A stretch of 64,000 nt of DNA from Takakia lepidozioides (lineage: Eukaryota; Plantae; Bryophyta): NCBI GenBank assembly GCA_030704615.1, contig CM060733.1:35464001-35528000 (forward strand). The letters are read 5' to 3'. How positions within the stretch are numbered: the stretch's first letter is position 1; every line of letters starts with the position of its first letter. Below, one piece after another: positions 1 to 13,787 of the stretch. The translations under genes and the position numbers were made by a program. The notes beneath the pieces were generated by a model. The model searched no databases and had not been told where the DNA came from. It saw only the letters and a list, made by a program, of their open reading frames with translations.

Positions 1-528
1 CTCCCTTCTTAATAGCCAACCGCTCCTTCAACAGGCTATGAGTGGTCTCGCGCCTACGCCCACTACCACAATGTCTGTAGACAATGACCATCTATATTAT
101 AATAGTGCTTAAAAAAAACAAAAACATCATATCTAGCTTAGCACTAGAAAACTAGATAGAGGTCATCTCTCTCGAGTGATAAGGAAACCAACGAACACAC
201 TGTTGACACAAGAAATATGAAATCCATCGCTATCACTCTTTAAAACAGAAGTCGAGCCAGGGGCACCCCAAGCTGTGCGGACTCCACCCCACAACAACCT
301 ACACTCCCATCATGAGCACACTCAGTCCTAAACGATGCAGGAGCTCGGTCGCGCAGGCTCAACTTGAGAGAGATGAGCTGCGCGACTGCCGCTCTCGTGA
401 AGATAAGACGGACCAGGTGTCAAACTAAACTTGACACCTGATTTAACACTTGACCTAAATCCAAGTGTTAAATACAAATAACTAGTTTTATTCTAGCTGT
501 TTTCACACTGTGCTTATTTAACTTGACA
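1..528. mobile_element. Probable end of an LTR-type element inserted into the 95-bp intronic repeat of family-A copy 1
   Basis: Unrelated sequence ends ...AACTTGACA (CA end) at 528. At 529 the family-A repeat resumes mid-unit (ccctgaacggcaataggg). The other end and TSD lie outside the window. Confidence 0.4.
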
Positions 529-745
529 CCCTGAACGGCAATAGGGCCTGGAACTGGAAAATGGCGCCGAATTTCCAGTTCCGGGCCAGCCAGTCTAGGG
601 ACTTACCCGAAAATGGCCAAGTCCCTGAACGGCAATAGGGCCTAGAACTGGAGAATGGCGCCGAATTTCTAGTTCAAGGCCAGCCAGTCTAGGGACTTAG
701 CCAATTTCGGAGCCCTGACTGGAAATTCGGCGCCATTTTCCCTAA
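529..745. repeat. 95-bp intronic tandem repeat with GGCGCC palindrome (partial)
   Basis: About 2 units, reverse complement of the 61080-61875 array. Confidence 0.85.
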
Positions 746-809
746 CACCACATGAGGCTTCTAACATCCTGAAATGCAAGGACTTGAAAGAAAGGCAGCG
801 CGTATGTAC

Positions 810-3463
810 CTGTAGAGAAGGCACATTGCTGCTTTGTCCGCGTTTGGCTGGTCGGTGAACTCGTGGCTCCGGCGAGCATCTGCTATCTCCCGAAAGAATA
901 GGTTGGTTGTTAGAGCAGAAAGTACCTCGTCACATAGTCACGTAGGCTCTCTGCTGCAGGAGATATCTCCATCTTGAACTGATGTGCTTGTGTGTCCAGC
1001 TGCTCTTGCGCATTCGTCGTCACCTGTGGAGATTCTCCATCAGATCGCTTTCCTGAAAAAATACAATGAATCCACCCCCTACTAGAGTAGAAGCCCCAAA
1101 CGAAGCGTGGGAAGTACCTGAAACCACCATGTCATGCGGTTCATCCACATGTCGAATGTGGGGTCAGAGAGTTTGTCCGGTTTGGGGGAAGCTCCACATG
1201 TCCCTGGTACTTTGGGAACCATTCCAGATTTGGAGCCACCGGGTCTGTCCAACCACCCAGCATATTCGTAAGCGCCAAACACAACAAAAAGGAGTTGTTG
1301 CCACCACAATTTGGTTAAGAATGTATCACCTTTTCTGTTGCATCCACACAGGATGTGGCTGGACGATGGAGCTTCTCCAATGTCATCGTGGGCTTCAGAG
1401 CGCGAGAGTAGTGCTTCCCCACCTCCACCAGAAAGTCGGCACCAAGGGCGGGATCAAGTATGGCCACGTACTTTACCATCCGCGACTTGTACTTTATGCG
1501 GGTCCTCACCTCCGCAGCTTTGACATACGATTCGAGTTCCGGGAGGGTTGGATTCTTCTCCTCTGACTCCATGTAGAACCTCCGCGCATGTGCCAAATCT
1601 TGTTGTATTTTCGTCTGTCAAGAATGCGCACATAAGATTAGAGATCCTGCTCAACACAATTTCTTCTATTGGGGGAGGAGAGACAAATTAGCTCAACAAA
1701 ACTGTCAGGAGCTTTACCCGAAATATGTAGTCCACCATGGCGTCGACGCTCAGCCTATACCAGGTTCTGTCTGCCTTTGCCTCCGACTTGCGCAGGAGGT
1801 CGGCACTGAGGGAATTGGCAAACTCTTGCACCCCCTGCTTCCCGACATCCTTCACTCGGAAGAGCATATGGGACAAGTTGGTGGCAATGAAGGCATTCTC
1901 AGCCACCCTGCAGTGCCACATTTCCATCAAACAATACTGACATGGGAATTTTCATCATATATGAGGATTCGCAATGAAATGACTTCCAAATTCAAAGTCC
2001 AAAAGCGAGAGGGGTTGTAGCTTACGAATTGATGTCGGCCATTGCAGCTTTGAGAAGACTGCGATCTTTGGGCCCCGCAACCTTCAGCACAACACAATCC
2101 ACGGCGAAATGCCAATCGAGGTCGTTGGGGTGGGCTTGGGCAATGTGCTCCATCCATGCCAGGAGGCGATGATTGCCGTCCCACACGTAGAACATCTTAC
2201 CGGACAAGTGCTGGAAAAGAGGATCACTAGCAATCGATCTCTCGAACTCCTCATTTCGCGTTTGCCAATGGGGACCCATTTGTCCACCTCATCGGAAGTG
2301 TGGGCATGGGAAGCTCCGTGGTCGTTCTCAATGGAAACGTAAAACGCGGCAGACCCCATTCGATATCCATCCCGGAAAGAGAATTTCAGCTTGTCGATAT
2401 CGCCTGGGAGGGCAGGTCTCACCACCTGCAATGACACCAAGTGGCAAAGGGGAATTCGAAGCTTGGCCGGGTACACCATGCCCCCAGCACCCTGCCAATG
2501 TTGCTATGGGTTGCCTCCAACATCTTGGCAGCGGCCAACTTCATATCCGCCTCAGACATGACGTCTGCTGCAGAGGGGTTTTCCGGCAGCCCACCAGGAC
2601 CGCCAAATCCAGCCTGTATGCTCCGGGTTTGGGGCCTGGGGATGTCCGGGAGGATGTCATCCTGGTTAGAAAGCTCCCTGTCGTCCTCCTCAACAGGGTC
2701 AGCCACCTGCGAAACCACCTCCAGCACTCTCCCCGTCTCTACTGCCCTCTCCCTGGCTTCACCTCGAACTTGCACAATCCGTGCTCTTTCTGGTGTTCTT
2801 TCCTCTCCTCCACTCTCCACCGTATGGGTAATTGCGGGGGCTGCTCTTGCCCACGATGGTCTAACCGGTGTGTTACTGCCTCTCTGTGGTGTCTTGGAGG
2901 GATCCACTATCTCTGTGCGTCCCTAGCTTACATTGGCATCTGTCATTTGGGCACCCCTGGCCTCTTCATTGGCCTTTTCTCTTTCCTCCTGGCTAGCATT
3001 CTGTCTCGCCAGTTCTTTTGCCCTCTCTTTTGCCCTCTCACGGGCTTTTTGTTTCTTACTAGGGCTAGCAGCAGGGGAGCCCTCCAGGACGACCACCTTT
3101 GATTGAGGCGAACTGACACCCTCGCGCGCACTGCTCACTCCCCCCTCCGCAGCCCGTGACGGCTCTCTCGTCGGGGATTGCATGTGCTTAGCTTTCTTCT
3201 TTTTCTTTGCGTGGGCGGGCCCTACTGCATGTGCATCACAACCTCCATCGCCGGATCTGCTGTCCTCATGTCCTCACGACCTTCACCTGCCATGCCGCCT
3301 GCACCAACCTCCCCAATGCCTATTCTGTCGTACTCTCGTTGCAAGTCCTCCCGTCCACCAACAAAAGGTTGAAGTTTGCCCTCTTGCCCCAAGTTGGGCG
3401 ATTCAAACATGCGATGAGTTGGAGCTGTCGATGATACCACCAGCGTGCCGGGCTCGTCGTCAC
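810..3463 (-). pseudogene. ParB-domain/methyltransferase gene, family A copy 1 (ParB and middle exons; frameshifted, exon 1 missing)
   Basis: ORF fragments with KMFYVWDGNHRLLAW and exons matching copy 2. The single open exon of copy 2 is split over several ORFs here. Homology to copy 2 stops at ~3464, so the exon-1/intron-1 region is absent. Confidence 0.85.
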
Positions 3464-3534
3464 TATGTCATTCCCAAATATCGTGGACGGAACTCGGCCA
3501 GGAATTTCCAACGTAGAGGTAATTCGGAGCGCAG

Positions 3535-5470
3535 CAAGATGGAAATTCAGCGCCGAATTTCCATCCTGCAAGGAAGGGCGGCGCACGAAATTTCCCTCAC
3601 GCAGGTAATTCGGAAGCGGATGGATGCAAATCCGGCGCTGGATTTCCATCCGCGTAGGTAGGGCGGCGCGCCAAATTTCCCTGACGCAGGTAATTCAGAA
3701 GCGGATGGATGGAAATCCGGCGCCGGATTTCCATCCGCAAGGTTGGGCGGAGAGCGGATGGATGGAGATCCGGCACCGAATTTCCATCCATCCGGGACTC
3801 CACTTACCTGCTGGATGGAAATTCGGTGCCGGATTTCCATCCATCCGGGATTCCACTTACCGGAAGGATGGAAATCCCGCGCCGAATTTCCGTCCAGCAG
3901 GTAAGTGGAATCCCGGATGGATGGAAATCCGGCGCCGAATTTCCATCCAGCAGGTAAGTCGGATCGCTGGCGTATGGATATTCGGCGCCGAATTTCCATT
4001 CGCCAGGAATTTTGAAACGCTGAATTACCTTCCTGCAGGTAATTCTGAGCGCGGAATTACCTTCCTACAGGAATCTCTGAGCGTGTCCGATTGATTTTTC
4101 AGATTTTTCTTGGATTCCTTCACTGCTAGAGGCAAATCGGAACAGGCTCGGACGGAAATTCGGCGCCGTTTTTCCATTCTGGGAGGTTTCTGCGACTTCC
4201 TTTGAGGGGGCCCCGATGGAAATTCGGCGCCGAATTTCCATCCGGGGGATGGTCTCTGTCGGAGAGGTGTCGGCCTCTCCGCCGCTCTGTTGGATATTCG
4301 GTGCCGAATTTCCGTCCGGGGGTTGAAATATGACGGCCAGGTGCCGGCCTCTCCCCCCTCCCCGACTGCATTGGAACGGCCCCGGATTGAAATTCGGCGC
4401 CGTTTTTCCATCTGGGGAGGTTTTTATGTCGACCAGTTTTCGGTCTGACCCCCTGACAAGACTTCCTTTGGGGGGGCCCGGATGGAAATTCGGCGTCGAA
4501 TCTCCATCCAGGGGATATTCTCTGTCGCACATGCGCCGGCCTCTGCGCCCAAGGCGACTTCAACCGGACGTCCCCTGTTGGATATTCGGTGCCGAATTTC
4601 CGTCCGGGGGTTGAAATGTGACGGCTAGGTGCCGGCCTCTCGCCCCTCCCCGACTGCATCTGAACCGCCCCGGATGGAAATTCGGCGCCGTTTTTCCATC
4701 TGGGGATGTTTTTTTGCCGGCCAGTTTTCGGCCTAACCCCCCGACACGACTTCCTTTGGGGGGCCCGGATGGAAATTCGGCGTCGAATCTCCATCCAGGG
4801 GATATTCTCTGTCGCACATGCGCCGGCCTCTACGCCCGAGGCGACTTCAACCGGGCGTCCCCTGTTGGATATTCGGTGCCGAATTTCCGTCCGGGGGTTG
4901 AAATGTGACGGCCAGGTGCCGGCCTCTCGCCCCTCCCCGACTGCATCCGAAAGGCCTCGGATGGAAATTCGGCGCCGTTTTTCCATCTAGGGATGTTTTT
5001 TTGCCGGCCAGTTTTCGGCCTGACCCCCCGACACGACTTCCTTTGGGGGGGCCCGAATGGAAATTCGGCGCCGAATCTCCATCCAGGGGATGTTCTCTGT
5101 CGGACACGCGCCGGCCTCTGCGCCCGAGGCGACTTCATCCGTCTTCCCTTGTTGTATATTCGGTGCCGAATTTCCGTCCGGGGTTGTAATGTGAGGGCCA
5201 GATGGCGGCCTTTCCCCCGAGCCGACTGCATCCGAAAGGCCTCGGATGGAAATTCGGCGCCGTTTTTCCATCCGCGTAGGTTTTTATGTCGGCCAGTTTT
5301 CGGCCTGACCCCCCGACAGGACTTCCTTTGGGGGATCCGAATGGAAATTCGGCGCTGAATTTCCGGCCGGGGGATGTTCTTTGTCGGACAGGTGCCGGCA
5401 TCTCTGCCCCAGACAACTTCATCCGTGCGGCCCCTGTTGGATATTGGGTGCCGAATTTCCATTCGGGGTA
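3535..5470. repeat. Intergenic palindrome arrays (short ~54/84-bp units, then ~4 copies of a ~287-bp unit)
   Basis: Recurrent GGAAATTCGGCGCCGAATTTCC variants. The ~287-bp period shows in repeated ORF starts at 4330/4618/4905. Confidence 0.9.
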
Positions 5471-5764
5471 GTAATGTGACGGCACGGTGCCGGCTTCTCC
5501 CCTTCAGCTGTCATCATCCGGACGGCCCCCCACTTTCTGACTGCATACCGTTGGCAGTTATTGCGCAAAGACCTGGGGCCGCATTCCTAAGACAAGGTTC
5601 ATTAACACTCTGACTGTGGATTTCTGAGATAGTTGGCTCCCTGGATTTGGATCAGGCTTCGTCGCTCGGACAAATCGGCACCGCATTCCTTCCCATCGCT
5701 GCATCCCCTTCTACCAGGGAGCTTCCCCGCACGCCATCCTAGCAGTCTTATGTGCACATCTCCC

Positions 5765-8700
5765 ATGGCGGAAAACCCGAGCGCTACAGTGTACTGCCCT
5801 CCTCACGAGCATAGAGCTTCATTTCCGTGCAGAGGGGACATCTGCCGGGTGATGGAGAAATATTGTGCGTTCGATACCACCTGAAACCGGGGTCGATTTT
5901 TTTGGAGGAGGAAAGGAAGGACTCAAACGGCCTTGTTGTCGAGAGTATTGTTGTGCTCCACGATGATTTCGGCGATGGCAGGGAATGGCGAGTTCCACCA
6001 TCGGACAGCGTCATATACATGGTTGTTGGGGACTTCATTTGCCCGCCAAATGCACCTTCTATCCTGGCGCCTTCCACGAAACAATCCGCGAATCAGAGAG
6101 TGGCTACCTCAAAGAGAGAAGTCCGCAACGAAGTAAATCCAGAGCCGAATCCATCCATGAAGACGAACGAGAACCGGGTTGTTCACAACCTGTCCGACTC
6201 AGACGAGGTCATGGAAGTTCCGAGGTCGTCCTGGAGATCAGGCAAGTCCTCAATGGACGTCAATGGAGGAGGGAGTCATATTCCCAGCACGAGCACCGCA
6301 GTTCGATCTATTCTTGAAATTCTGCGAGGGCTTCACCTGGAGGGACACCGGTCGGAGCTAGCCGGGCTGGACTACAGCAAGTTCGCAATTAAATCAGTTA
6401 CATGCCTTCCCGCCGACCTCGACGGTAATATCTTCTTTGAGTTCCCTCCTTGGGCGGACTACTCGAGGGCGTCCGGAATGTTGACAGATATGGATAGAAA
6501 ACATGACGGTCATCCTTGGTGCGTTACCAAAACCACCAGCATGAAGATGCTCGATGGTGTGCGGGTGCGCTACGTTGTTTGTGCTGGCGCGTTGCGGTGT
6601 TTCTCCCCAACTTGCTTCCACTTTAAATCCAGAGGTCACAGGAACGAGACCGATTGGACAGGCACAGCTCATCAACCATTTCGAGCTCAGGAGAAGGTTC
6701 TGAACTCCACATTTAAGTGTGCGCATTGCAAAGAACCACCACACTGCATGTCTGTTTGTAATGCCAAGCAGTTCTATGTGTTGCACCGTTTCCCTGACCT
6801 CACCCGAGCTTGCATACACGTTGGTTCCCATTGTCACAAATTGGCGAGGGGGAACTCGCGGGAGGCTGCCCACGAGGCAGAGCAGCTCGTTCAGGAGGAG
6901 GTTAAGTTGAGACCGGGTGCCAAACCCAAACAGATACAGCTCCAAGCCGCCCATAAGATGGCATTGGCCAGAATTATGTCGGAAGACGGGTCCGATAGAG
7001 TTCCTCTCGATGAGAAGGAAATGGAGGCATTGCTGGAGTCGGTGTCCCACGTATGTTCACCGAATGTCCGAAACCACATTGTCTCATGCAAACAGAAAAT
7101 TGGGCGTGGCTCGGATATGCACTCCATTCTGGAGGTGAAGCGACGATGTGGATATGACTACATTCATGGAAGTAGGTTTCCAGGACAAGGGACTGAGGCA
7201 GATCGTTGTTTCGTATTCAAAATGTCCACGTGTGGACCTGGCAGCGGCGTCGAACTGGTCGACAGGATGACGAGTGGGGACTTGTCAAACAGTTGGGTCA
7301 TGTTCGACCATATCAAGCGAATTACAAATCACCAGTGGGTGACAATGGGTGCACATATCTACGATACCCACTGCAGGATGCTAATGACAATTGCTATTTG
7401 TGAGATGAAAGGAGAGGACACACAATCGGAGATGCTTCTTTGGCAGGGAATAAACGAACAGATGGCCAAGGCGGGATTGCCCCTTCCCAATTTCCGTGGT
7501 TTCATGGCGGACAACGCACAAGCAAATTGGGCTGCCATCCGAAGGGTATACGGACAAGACCCCAATGTTCCCATGGAAGGCAAAGGAGAGATCTTGTGGG
7601 TTCCATTTTCTGCAGAGCCTTTCGCAGTACACAACCAGGCTCGTGGCGCCAGATTTCAGAGAGGAGCACCGTTCCATGTGCCTTGCGTGGAAGCGCGCTC
7701 CCACCTTGGATGATGCAGAGACACAGTTTGCATGTATACGGGCTTGGTGGACATCGTCAGGTGCTGTAAGGAAATCAGACGAGGGAGCAATGGTCAGTTG
7801 GCTAGCATGGTGGCATTATCGTTTCCTCTAGTTTGGCGACTATATGCGGGAGGTGAGTTGCACGAATTCGCGTCCCGTTGAATATTATTCTTGGCCATAT
7901 TTGTAACTTGCTTGTAACCTCAACATGTGCTTGTGCAGGAAATGTGTCTCGACTCCGACACCGACATGCCCACGACAAACATGGCCGAATCAGTGCACTC
8001 TTCCTGGCGTGCCTCCTCTGCGGTGCATCTGGTGGACATCCTCACTGCCACAACGGAGGACATTGTGAGGTCAATTATGCAGCAATGCAGGTACAACGAG
8101 TTCTTGAAAGGGAAACAGTGGGGCTTGGGGCCGGACAGGCAGGAAATGCTGATGCGGACTGCCTCTAGATTGAAGAATCCTCGGAAGTGGGCGGCGGCCT
8201 TGCGAGAGGGCCTTCGGGACACGCCATTGCTGCAAAGAGGCCAACATTTGGAAGGAGATGTTCATACCCGTCCAGTGAGAGGAAGACTTGACGAGGCACC
8301 TGGCGGAGAAGAGGATTCATGGCGAGCTGACAAGAATATTCGCACGCTCCCTCGTGGTCCGGTGATGTTGCCCGAGGAGGTCTCGTCGAGCACCACAAGT
8401 CCTGCACGTTCAAGATCGCCATCTCCTTTGAGCACAGGGCGCGTGCCCCGGCAACATAACGAGCCATCTGTAGTAAAGCAGTACAACATTCCCATTGTGG
8501 AGACAAGAGTGTCGGAGTCACAGTGGAGAATTGCGAGGACATTGCCGGCATTTCGAGGGAAGTGCTGCGCCATCCGGGTGGATACGAGAGCACGCTATGG
8601 TGAGATGATTCGGAGGAACCCACACGGTGCTGTACCTGCACCTTGTTTCAGCGGCAGATTTTTGACTCCCACATTTGCTCACGCCACAACGCAGACATTT

Positions 8701-9357
8701 TGGTTCTGTAGGCACGACATAATGACATGTGTATTTGGCAAGCCCAAGTACGGGATTCAGGGAATGCCGGAGCCTCCGGGCGTCTGGCCTGTTGCACCGG
8801 GTTGCAGCCTCTCTCAGAATGAGGCGGATGCTCTATCTACAGCAGGATTTCGAATGGTGCAACGCACAGACATCCCGGCCCACGCATTTCCAGTTCCTCA
8901 GATCCAGCCATTGCAGACTGCTCGGTCCAGTAGAGACGGATTGGACAATTCTGCACATCCCACAATGCGATTCGGAAGAGTGAAGAGACAACACCCTCCC
9001 AACAAGTTGAATGAGACTCGGATTGCCAATGCTCTTGGGATGGCTTGCAGTATTCAGAGCTCCGTGGACGTACCCCCACCCGGCCTTGGGCGTGTGTATC
9101 GGATGGCAACGGCTGGCTCGGCTGTACACGACGATGTATACACAATTACGATTGGAGTGGAGCCGACTTGCAATTGTACGGACTTCTCGTTGATGGAAGC
9201 AAAGAATGGTTCGAAGTATTATCCGTGCAAGCATATGTATTACATTTACCTGAAGAGGTTGAGGATGAACGTGACTATTGATGACTTTATTCATGCACCG
9301 GCGTTGAGCGTGAACGAGCTGCACAAACTCCTCCTTAGGGATTCCAGAAATCATTGA
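5765..9357 (+). pseudogene. MULE/Mutator-like transposase (GCM-like Zn domain, DDE, SWIM), family A copy 1, disrupted
   Basis: Motifs VMFDHIKR, FMADNAQANWAAI, CGFH, PTTNMAESVH and SWIM CNC...CKH. GT-AG intron at 7853-7938. Frameshifts near 5860 and 7585 and a TAG at 7829-7831 relative to copy 2. Confidence 0.85.
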
Positions 9358-9509
9358 TGGGGCAAAGGGAATCCACCATATGGATATTTTCAATTGCATT
9401 TTGCTGTATCAGACTTTTTTTTGCAGTGTAATGAAATGCACCCCAAAACTCCTGGAATGAGGCAATATTCCATTCAAACTGAGATCCAACAGAAGCAGTT
9501 GTGGGGCCA

Positions 9510-9960
9510 TTTCTGGAAAAATGGCGCCGAATTTCTCTTTTTGGGGCCGAAAACTCGCTAAGTCCCAACATGCACTGGTACCTGTGTCTGGGAAAATGGC
9601 GCCGAATTTCTCTTTTTTGGGCCGAAAACTGGCTAAGTCCCAACATGCACTGGTACCGTGTCTGGAAAAATGGCGCCGAATTTCTCTTTTTTGGGCCGAA
9701 AACTGGCTAAGTCCCAATATGCACTGGTACAGTGTCTGGAAAAATGGCGCCGAATTTCCCTATTTTGCGCCGAAAACTGGCTAAGTCCGAACATGCACTG
9801 GAAAAATGGCGCCGAAGTACCTGTCATGAGGGGACCTATAGCCGCGGAATTCAACACCATTTTTCGCCAGAGAGACCTATTACCGCGAAATACGTCGCCG
9901 TTTTTTGAGGTTACGGACCCTATTACCACGAAATTCGGCGCCATATTTGCACATGTCGCT
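9510..9960. repeat. Subterminal ~70-80-bp repeats with AAAATGGCGCCGAATTTC
   Basis: About 7 motif copies, mirrored at 50010-50460 and 11050-11450. Confidence 0.85.
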
Positions 9961-10212
9961 GGGAATTGGCATGAGCGGAAGACGAAATATCATGAGCACA
10001 ACTGTCAAAACTGCAATTTTCCCTTCAAGGGGCCGAATAATATATTTGTTTTTCCTGACACATTGCATTAAATTATTGTTTTTTAATTGTTTTTTAATTG
10101 TTTTTTAATTGTTTTTTTTATTTTTATTTTCGAAATTTGTACTTCTGCTCATGAAAACCGATTGTCTTACTACTCCGCTCATGCCGCTCATGCTCATGAA
10201 ATAGCAAACCTC

Positions 10213-10810
10213 TTTATTCGATACAATCACACTATGTAGAGAGACTTGAGTGAAGTTATGGAATGAATGTATGCATGAATGGAACCTGATAGATACTGAA
10301 GCAATCTGATGCTTAAGTATACAAAGTAAGGTAAATTGCTAACATGAAGGCAAGAAGAACTACGAACAGGAAGCACAACCATGATACACTAGCTGTAGGT
10401 CATGACTGATTGTTCTGAGCGGGCTGAGTACTTAGAGATATCCAACTCTTCTATCTTGGAGTTTCCACCTCGGATAGCAAAGGGATGGGTGAATAAAAGC
10501 CGCTAGACATTTGGCGACCATACTGGGGAACTGGGTCAAGAACAACCAGATGTGACAGGCATCTGATGGGATCATGGGGGATGGAGAATTAAAGAATTTG
10601 ATGTGAATCATATTCCCTGTGGAACTGAGAAAGAAAGATTGTCCAAGCAATTCTTTCAGAGATTCTGGGAATTGCCAGATGGTTGCAAAGAAAACATTCT
10701 TAAGAAAGTGCATGATGCTGATCCTGAGTGGGGTCTGGCGAAAGGGGTGAAAAAGATTTATCAAGTGGCATGTAGAGGGAGAGCAAGTTGGTTACCAACA
10801 CTGGTTTATG
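10213..10810 (+). mobile_element. Ty3/gypsy fragment (LTR 3' part, PBS, start of ORF0) trapped between two family-A termini
   Basis: Homologous to ~20420-21005. LTR ends GACA at 10509. PBS TGGCGACCATACTGGGGA at 10512-10529. Confidence 0.85.
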
Positions 10811-12868
10811 GAGGTTAGCTATTTCATGAGCATTAGCGGCATGAGCGGCATGAGCGGAGTAGCAAGACAATCGGTTTTCATGAGCAGTAGTACAAATTCT
10901 GGAAATAAAAAACATAAAAAACATAATTTTAATGGAATGTGTAAGAAAAAAACCAATATATTATTCATTGTTTGAAGGGAAAATTGTAGTTTTGAGAGCC
11001 GTGCTCATGATATTTCGTCTTCCGCTCATGCGAATTCCGAGCGACATCTGCAAAAATGGCGCCGAATTTCGCGGTAATAGGGTCCGCAACCAGAAAAATC
11101 TGCGACGTATTTCACGGTAATAGGTGTCTCCGGAGAAAAAAGGTGCCGAATTTCGCGGCTATAGGTCCCCACATGACAGGTTTGTAAGCCCAAAATTTGG
11201 AAATGTGCCGCCGAATTTCGGTACATGGTGCCGGGGATTGCACAGATGTTGGGCAGTTCTGGGCCATGTAATTGGAAATTCGGCGCCATTTTTCCAGATA
11301 TCGCTCCCGTGCATATTGGGACTTCGCCAATTTTCGGCCCAAAATAGGGAAATTCGGCGCCATTTTTCCAAACATCGTTCCCGTGCATGTTGGGACTTAG
11401 CCAGTTTTCGGCCCAAAATAGGGAAATTCGGCGCCATTTTTCCAGAAATGGCCCCACAACTGCTACTGTTGGAACTCAGTTTTTTGGAATATTGCCTCTC
11501 ATTCCAGGAGTTTTGGGGTGCATTTCATTACACTGCAAAACAAAGTCTGATGCATAAAAATGCATTTGAAAATATCCATATGGTGGATTCCCTTTGCCCC
11601 ATCAATGATTTCTGGAATCCCTAAGGAGGAGTTTGTGCAGCTCGTTCACGCTCAACGCTGGTGCATGAATAAAGTCATCAATAGTCAAGTTCATCCTCAA
11701 CCTCTTCAAGTAAATGTAATACAGATGCTTGCACGGATAATACTTTGAACCCTTCTTTGCTTCCATCAACGAGAAGTCCGTACAATTGCAAGTCGGCTCC
11801 ACTCTAATCGTAATTGTGTATACGTCGTCGCTTACAGCTGAGCCGGCCGTTGCCATCCGATAAACACGCCCAAGGCCGGGTGGGGGTACGTCCACGGAGC
11901 TCTGAATAGTGCAAGCCATCCCAAGAGCATTGACAATCCGAGTCTCATTCAACTTGTTGGGAGGGTGTCGTCTCTTCACTCTTCCGAATAACATTGTGGG
12001 ATGTGCAGAATTGTCCAATCCGTCTCTACTGGACCGAGTAGTCTGCAATGACTGGGTCTGAGGAACTGGAAATGCGTGGGCCGGGACGTCTGTGCATTGC
12101 ACCATTCAAAATCTTGCTGCAGAAAGAGCATCCGCCTCATTCTGAGAGAGGTTGCAACCTGGTGCAACAGGCCAGACGCTCGGAGGCTCCGGCATTCCCT
12201 GAATCTCGTACTTGGGCTTGCCAAATACACAGGTCATTATGTCGTGACTACAGAACCAAAACGTCTGCGTTGTGGCGTGAGCAAATGTGGGAGTAAAAAA
12301 TCTGCCGCTGAAACAAGATGCAGGTACAGCACCGTGTGGGGTTCCTCCGAATTATCTTGCAACAGTGTGCTCTCGTATCGACCCGGATGGCGCAGCACTT
12401 CCCTCGAAATGCCGGCAATGTCCTTGCAATTCTCCACTGTGACTCCGACACTCTTGTCTCCACAATGGGTATGGGAATTAAGATGTCGTTGACGACACCT
12501 TAATCCTGAGCACCTGCACACGCACCATGGTTCATTCATGTCGCTCATTTTTCATCCAAAAATCATCCAACATTCATCCATTCTTTTTTTCATTCATCTC
12601 AAAACCATTCATCCGGCAGCTTTTCATCGCACATTCGTACCATATGGTCGTCACTCAGCAAGGATTCTTCTGTCGGATGGGGTGGAGATTGCGTCCGTGC
12701 AATGTAGTTTTTGTCCACGACAATAGGCCATCTTCTTCCCTCGGTTGTAGGCTCCCATTACTAATCTGCTCACGCTTGCAATCTGCTCACGCTTAACGGA
12801 TTCTACTAACGTTTACCACTTAAAGTGTGAGCGTGCTCACGTGAACTGCTCACACGGTAGCTACCCTC
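10811..12868 (-). mobile_element. Family-A fragment (terminus, subterminal repeats, transposase 3' end) joined to a second related terminus
   Basis: Starts GAGGTTAGCTATTTCATGAGC. Transposase homology spans 11602-12470. At 12868 the reverse strand reads GAGGGTAGCTACCGTGTGAGC (imperfect inverted terminus). No TSD. Confidence 0.65.
11602..12470 (-). pseudogene. Transposase C-terminal (SWIM) fragment, family A
   Basis: Nearly identical to the C-terminus of 50607-52025 (PTCNCTDF...YYPCKH...RDSRNH). Frameshifted and 5'-truncated. Confidence 0.85.
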
Positions 12869-13787
12869 AGACTTGTGGGGCCCATTTGATTTTAAATGAA
12901 AGTTTAATATATATGTATTTAATGTTATGAGTTTTTATTTTATTTTCACAAGTTCCAGTTGAGAAGTCGGCACAGACTTGTCCAATGTCGCACTGGTATG
13001 TACTAAAAGTGTGCACAGACTTGCTATTTCCTATCCCACTATGGAATGCGCTCGACATGACTAGTGGGCTTCAAACACACCACCTCGGTCAACTTCATAA
13101 CATAGGAAAATACACAAAAATGTTATGGTCTTGCAATTCTTGAACAAGGATAAAAGACAAACTGGAAGAACACTCACAAAAACTCAGAGACCGCTCATCG
13201 GTAAGTCGGCACAGACTTGCAGAATAGTAGAAGACCCTTCCCGGCAAGTGGCGATAGACGTATGGAATAGAATTTGTTGGCTTAGAAAATAAGAACAGTG
13301 GAACGGAAAGCGGTGGATGCAGAACGTAAGGCAGTATCGTAGGCAAATGCTCCTCATCTTCGCTTGCAGAAGGACGCTTCTGATGACGTTATTCCACCCA
13401 TAGGCAGGGATCATGGCGAAGCATTGCACTGGCCTCGTTCATACTCAAAGTAGGAAATTAAGTAAGGGGCCGTTGGCACAACAGCGGAGACGTTGAAGAA
13501 AAATCCAGTAAATGTGCTTGCAATGGGTGTACCCTTCCTTCAGATTGCGCATCTTCACAAAGTCGGGACATGTGCAGTCCGGGTAAATGCCAATTGAGAC
13601 GTAATAAACCTGCCCGTTGGTCGCTGAGCCGGAAGTACTGATGGTGTAAACTCTTCCCATCCCCGGTCGAGAAACATCACGGAAGCTCTGAACGATACCT
13701 CACAGTGACATCGCCAATCCGACCTTCGTCATATTAAGAGCTGTCTGTTTTTTGCGGTTATATTGCTTGCCCCATTTGCATTTGGGG
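12869..13787 (-). pseudogene. Family C element remnant: transposase SWIM end (13389-13787) and 3' region with AAGTCGGCACAGACTT repeats
   Basis: GRVYTISTSGS...PDCTCPDF...CKHIYW, then LSMNEASAMLRHDP*, homologous to the A and B C-termini. Contains an in-frame stop. The motif recurs at ~12964, ~13008 and ~13203. Confidence 0.75.

Larger units (their letters stand above)
529..10212 (+). mobile_element. MULE-like ParB-MTase transposon family A, copy 1 (degenerate, interrupted on the left)
   Basis: Reverse-complement copy of 49774-~61290. Divergent ParB gene (-) and transposase (+). Ends ...GCTCATGAAATAGCAAACCTC at 10212, the same terminus as at 49774 and 10811. Confidence 0.85.

Noticed and set aside
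9400-9510. Possible captured coding fragment in the family-A 3' region (GPTTASVGSQFEWNIASFQEFWG)
   Set aside because: No recognisable homology, and indels between copies break the frame.
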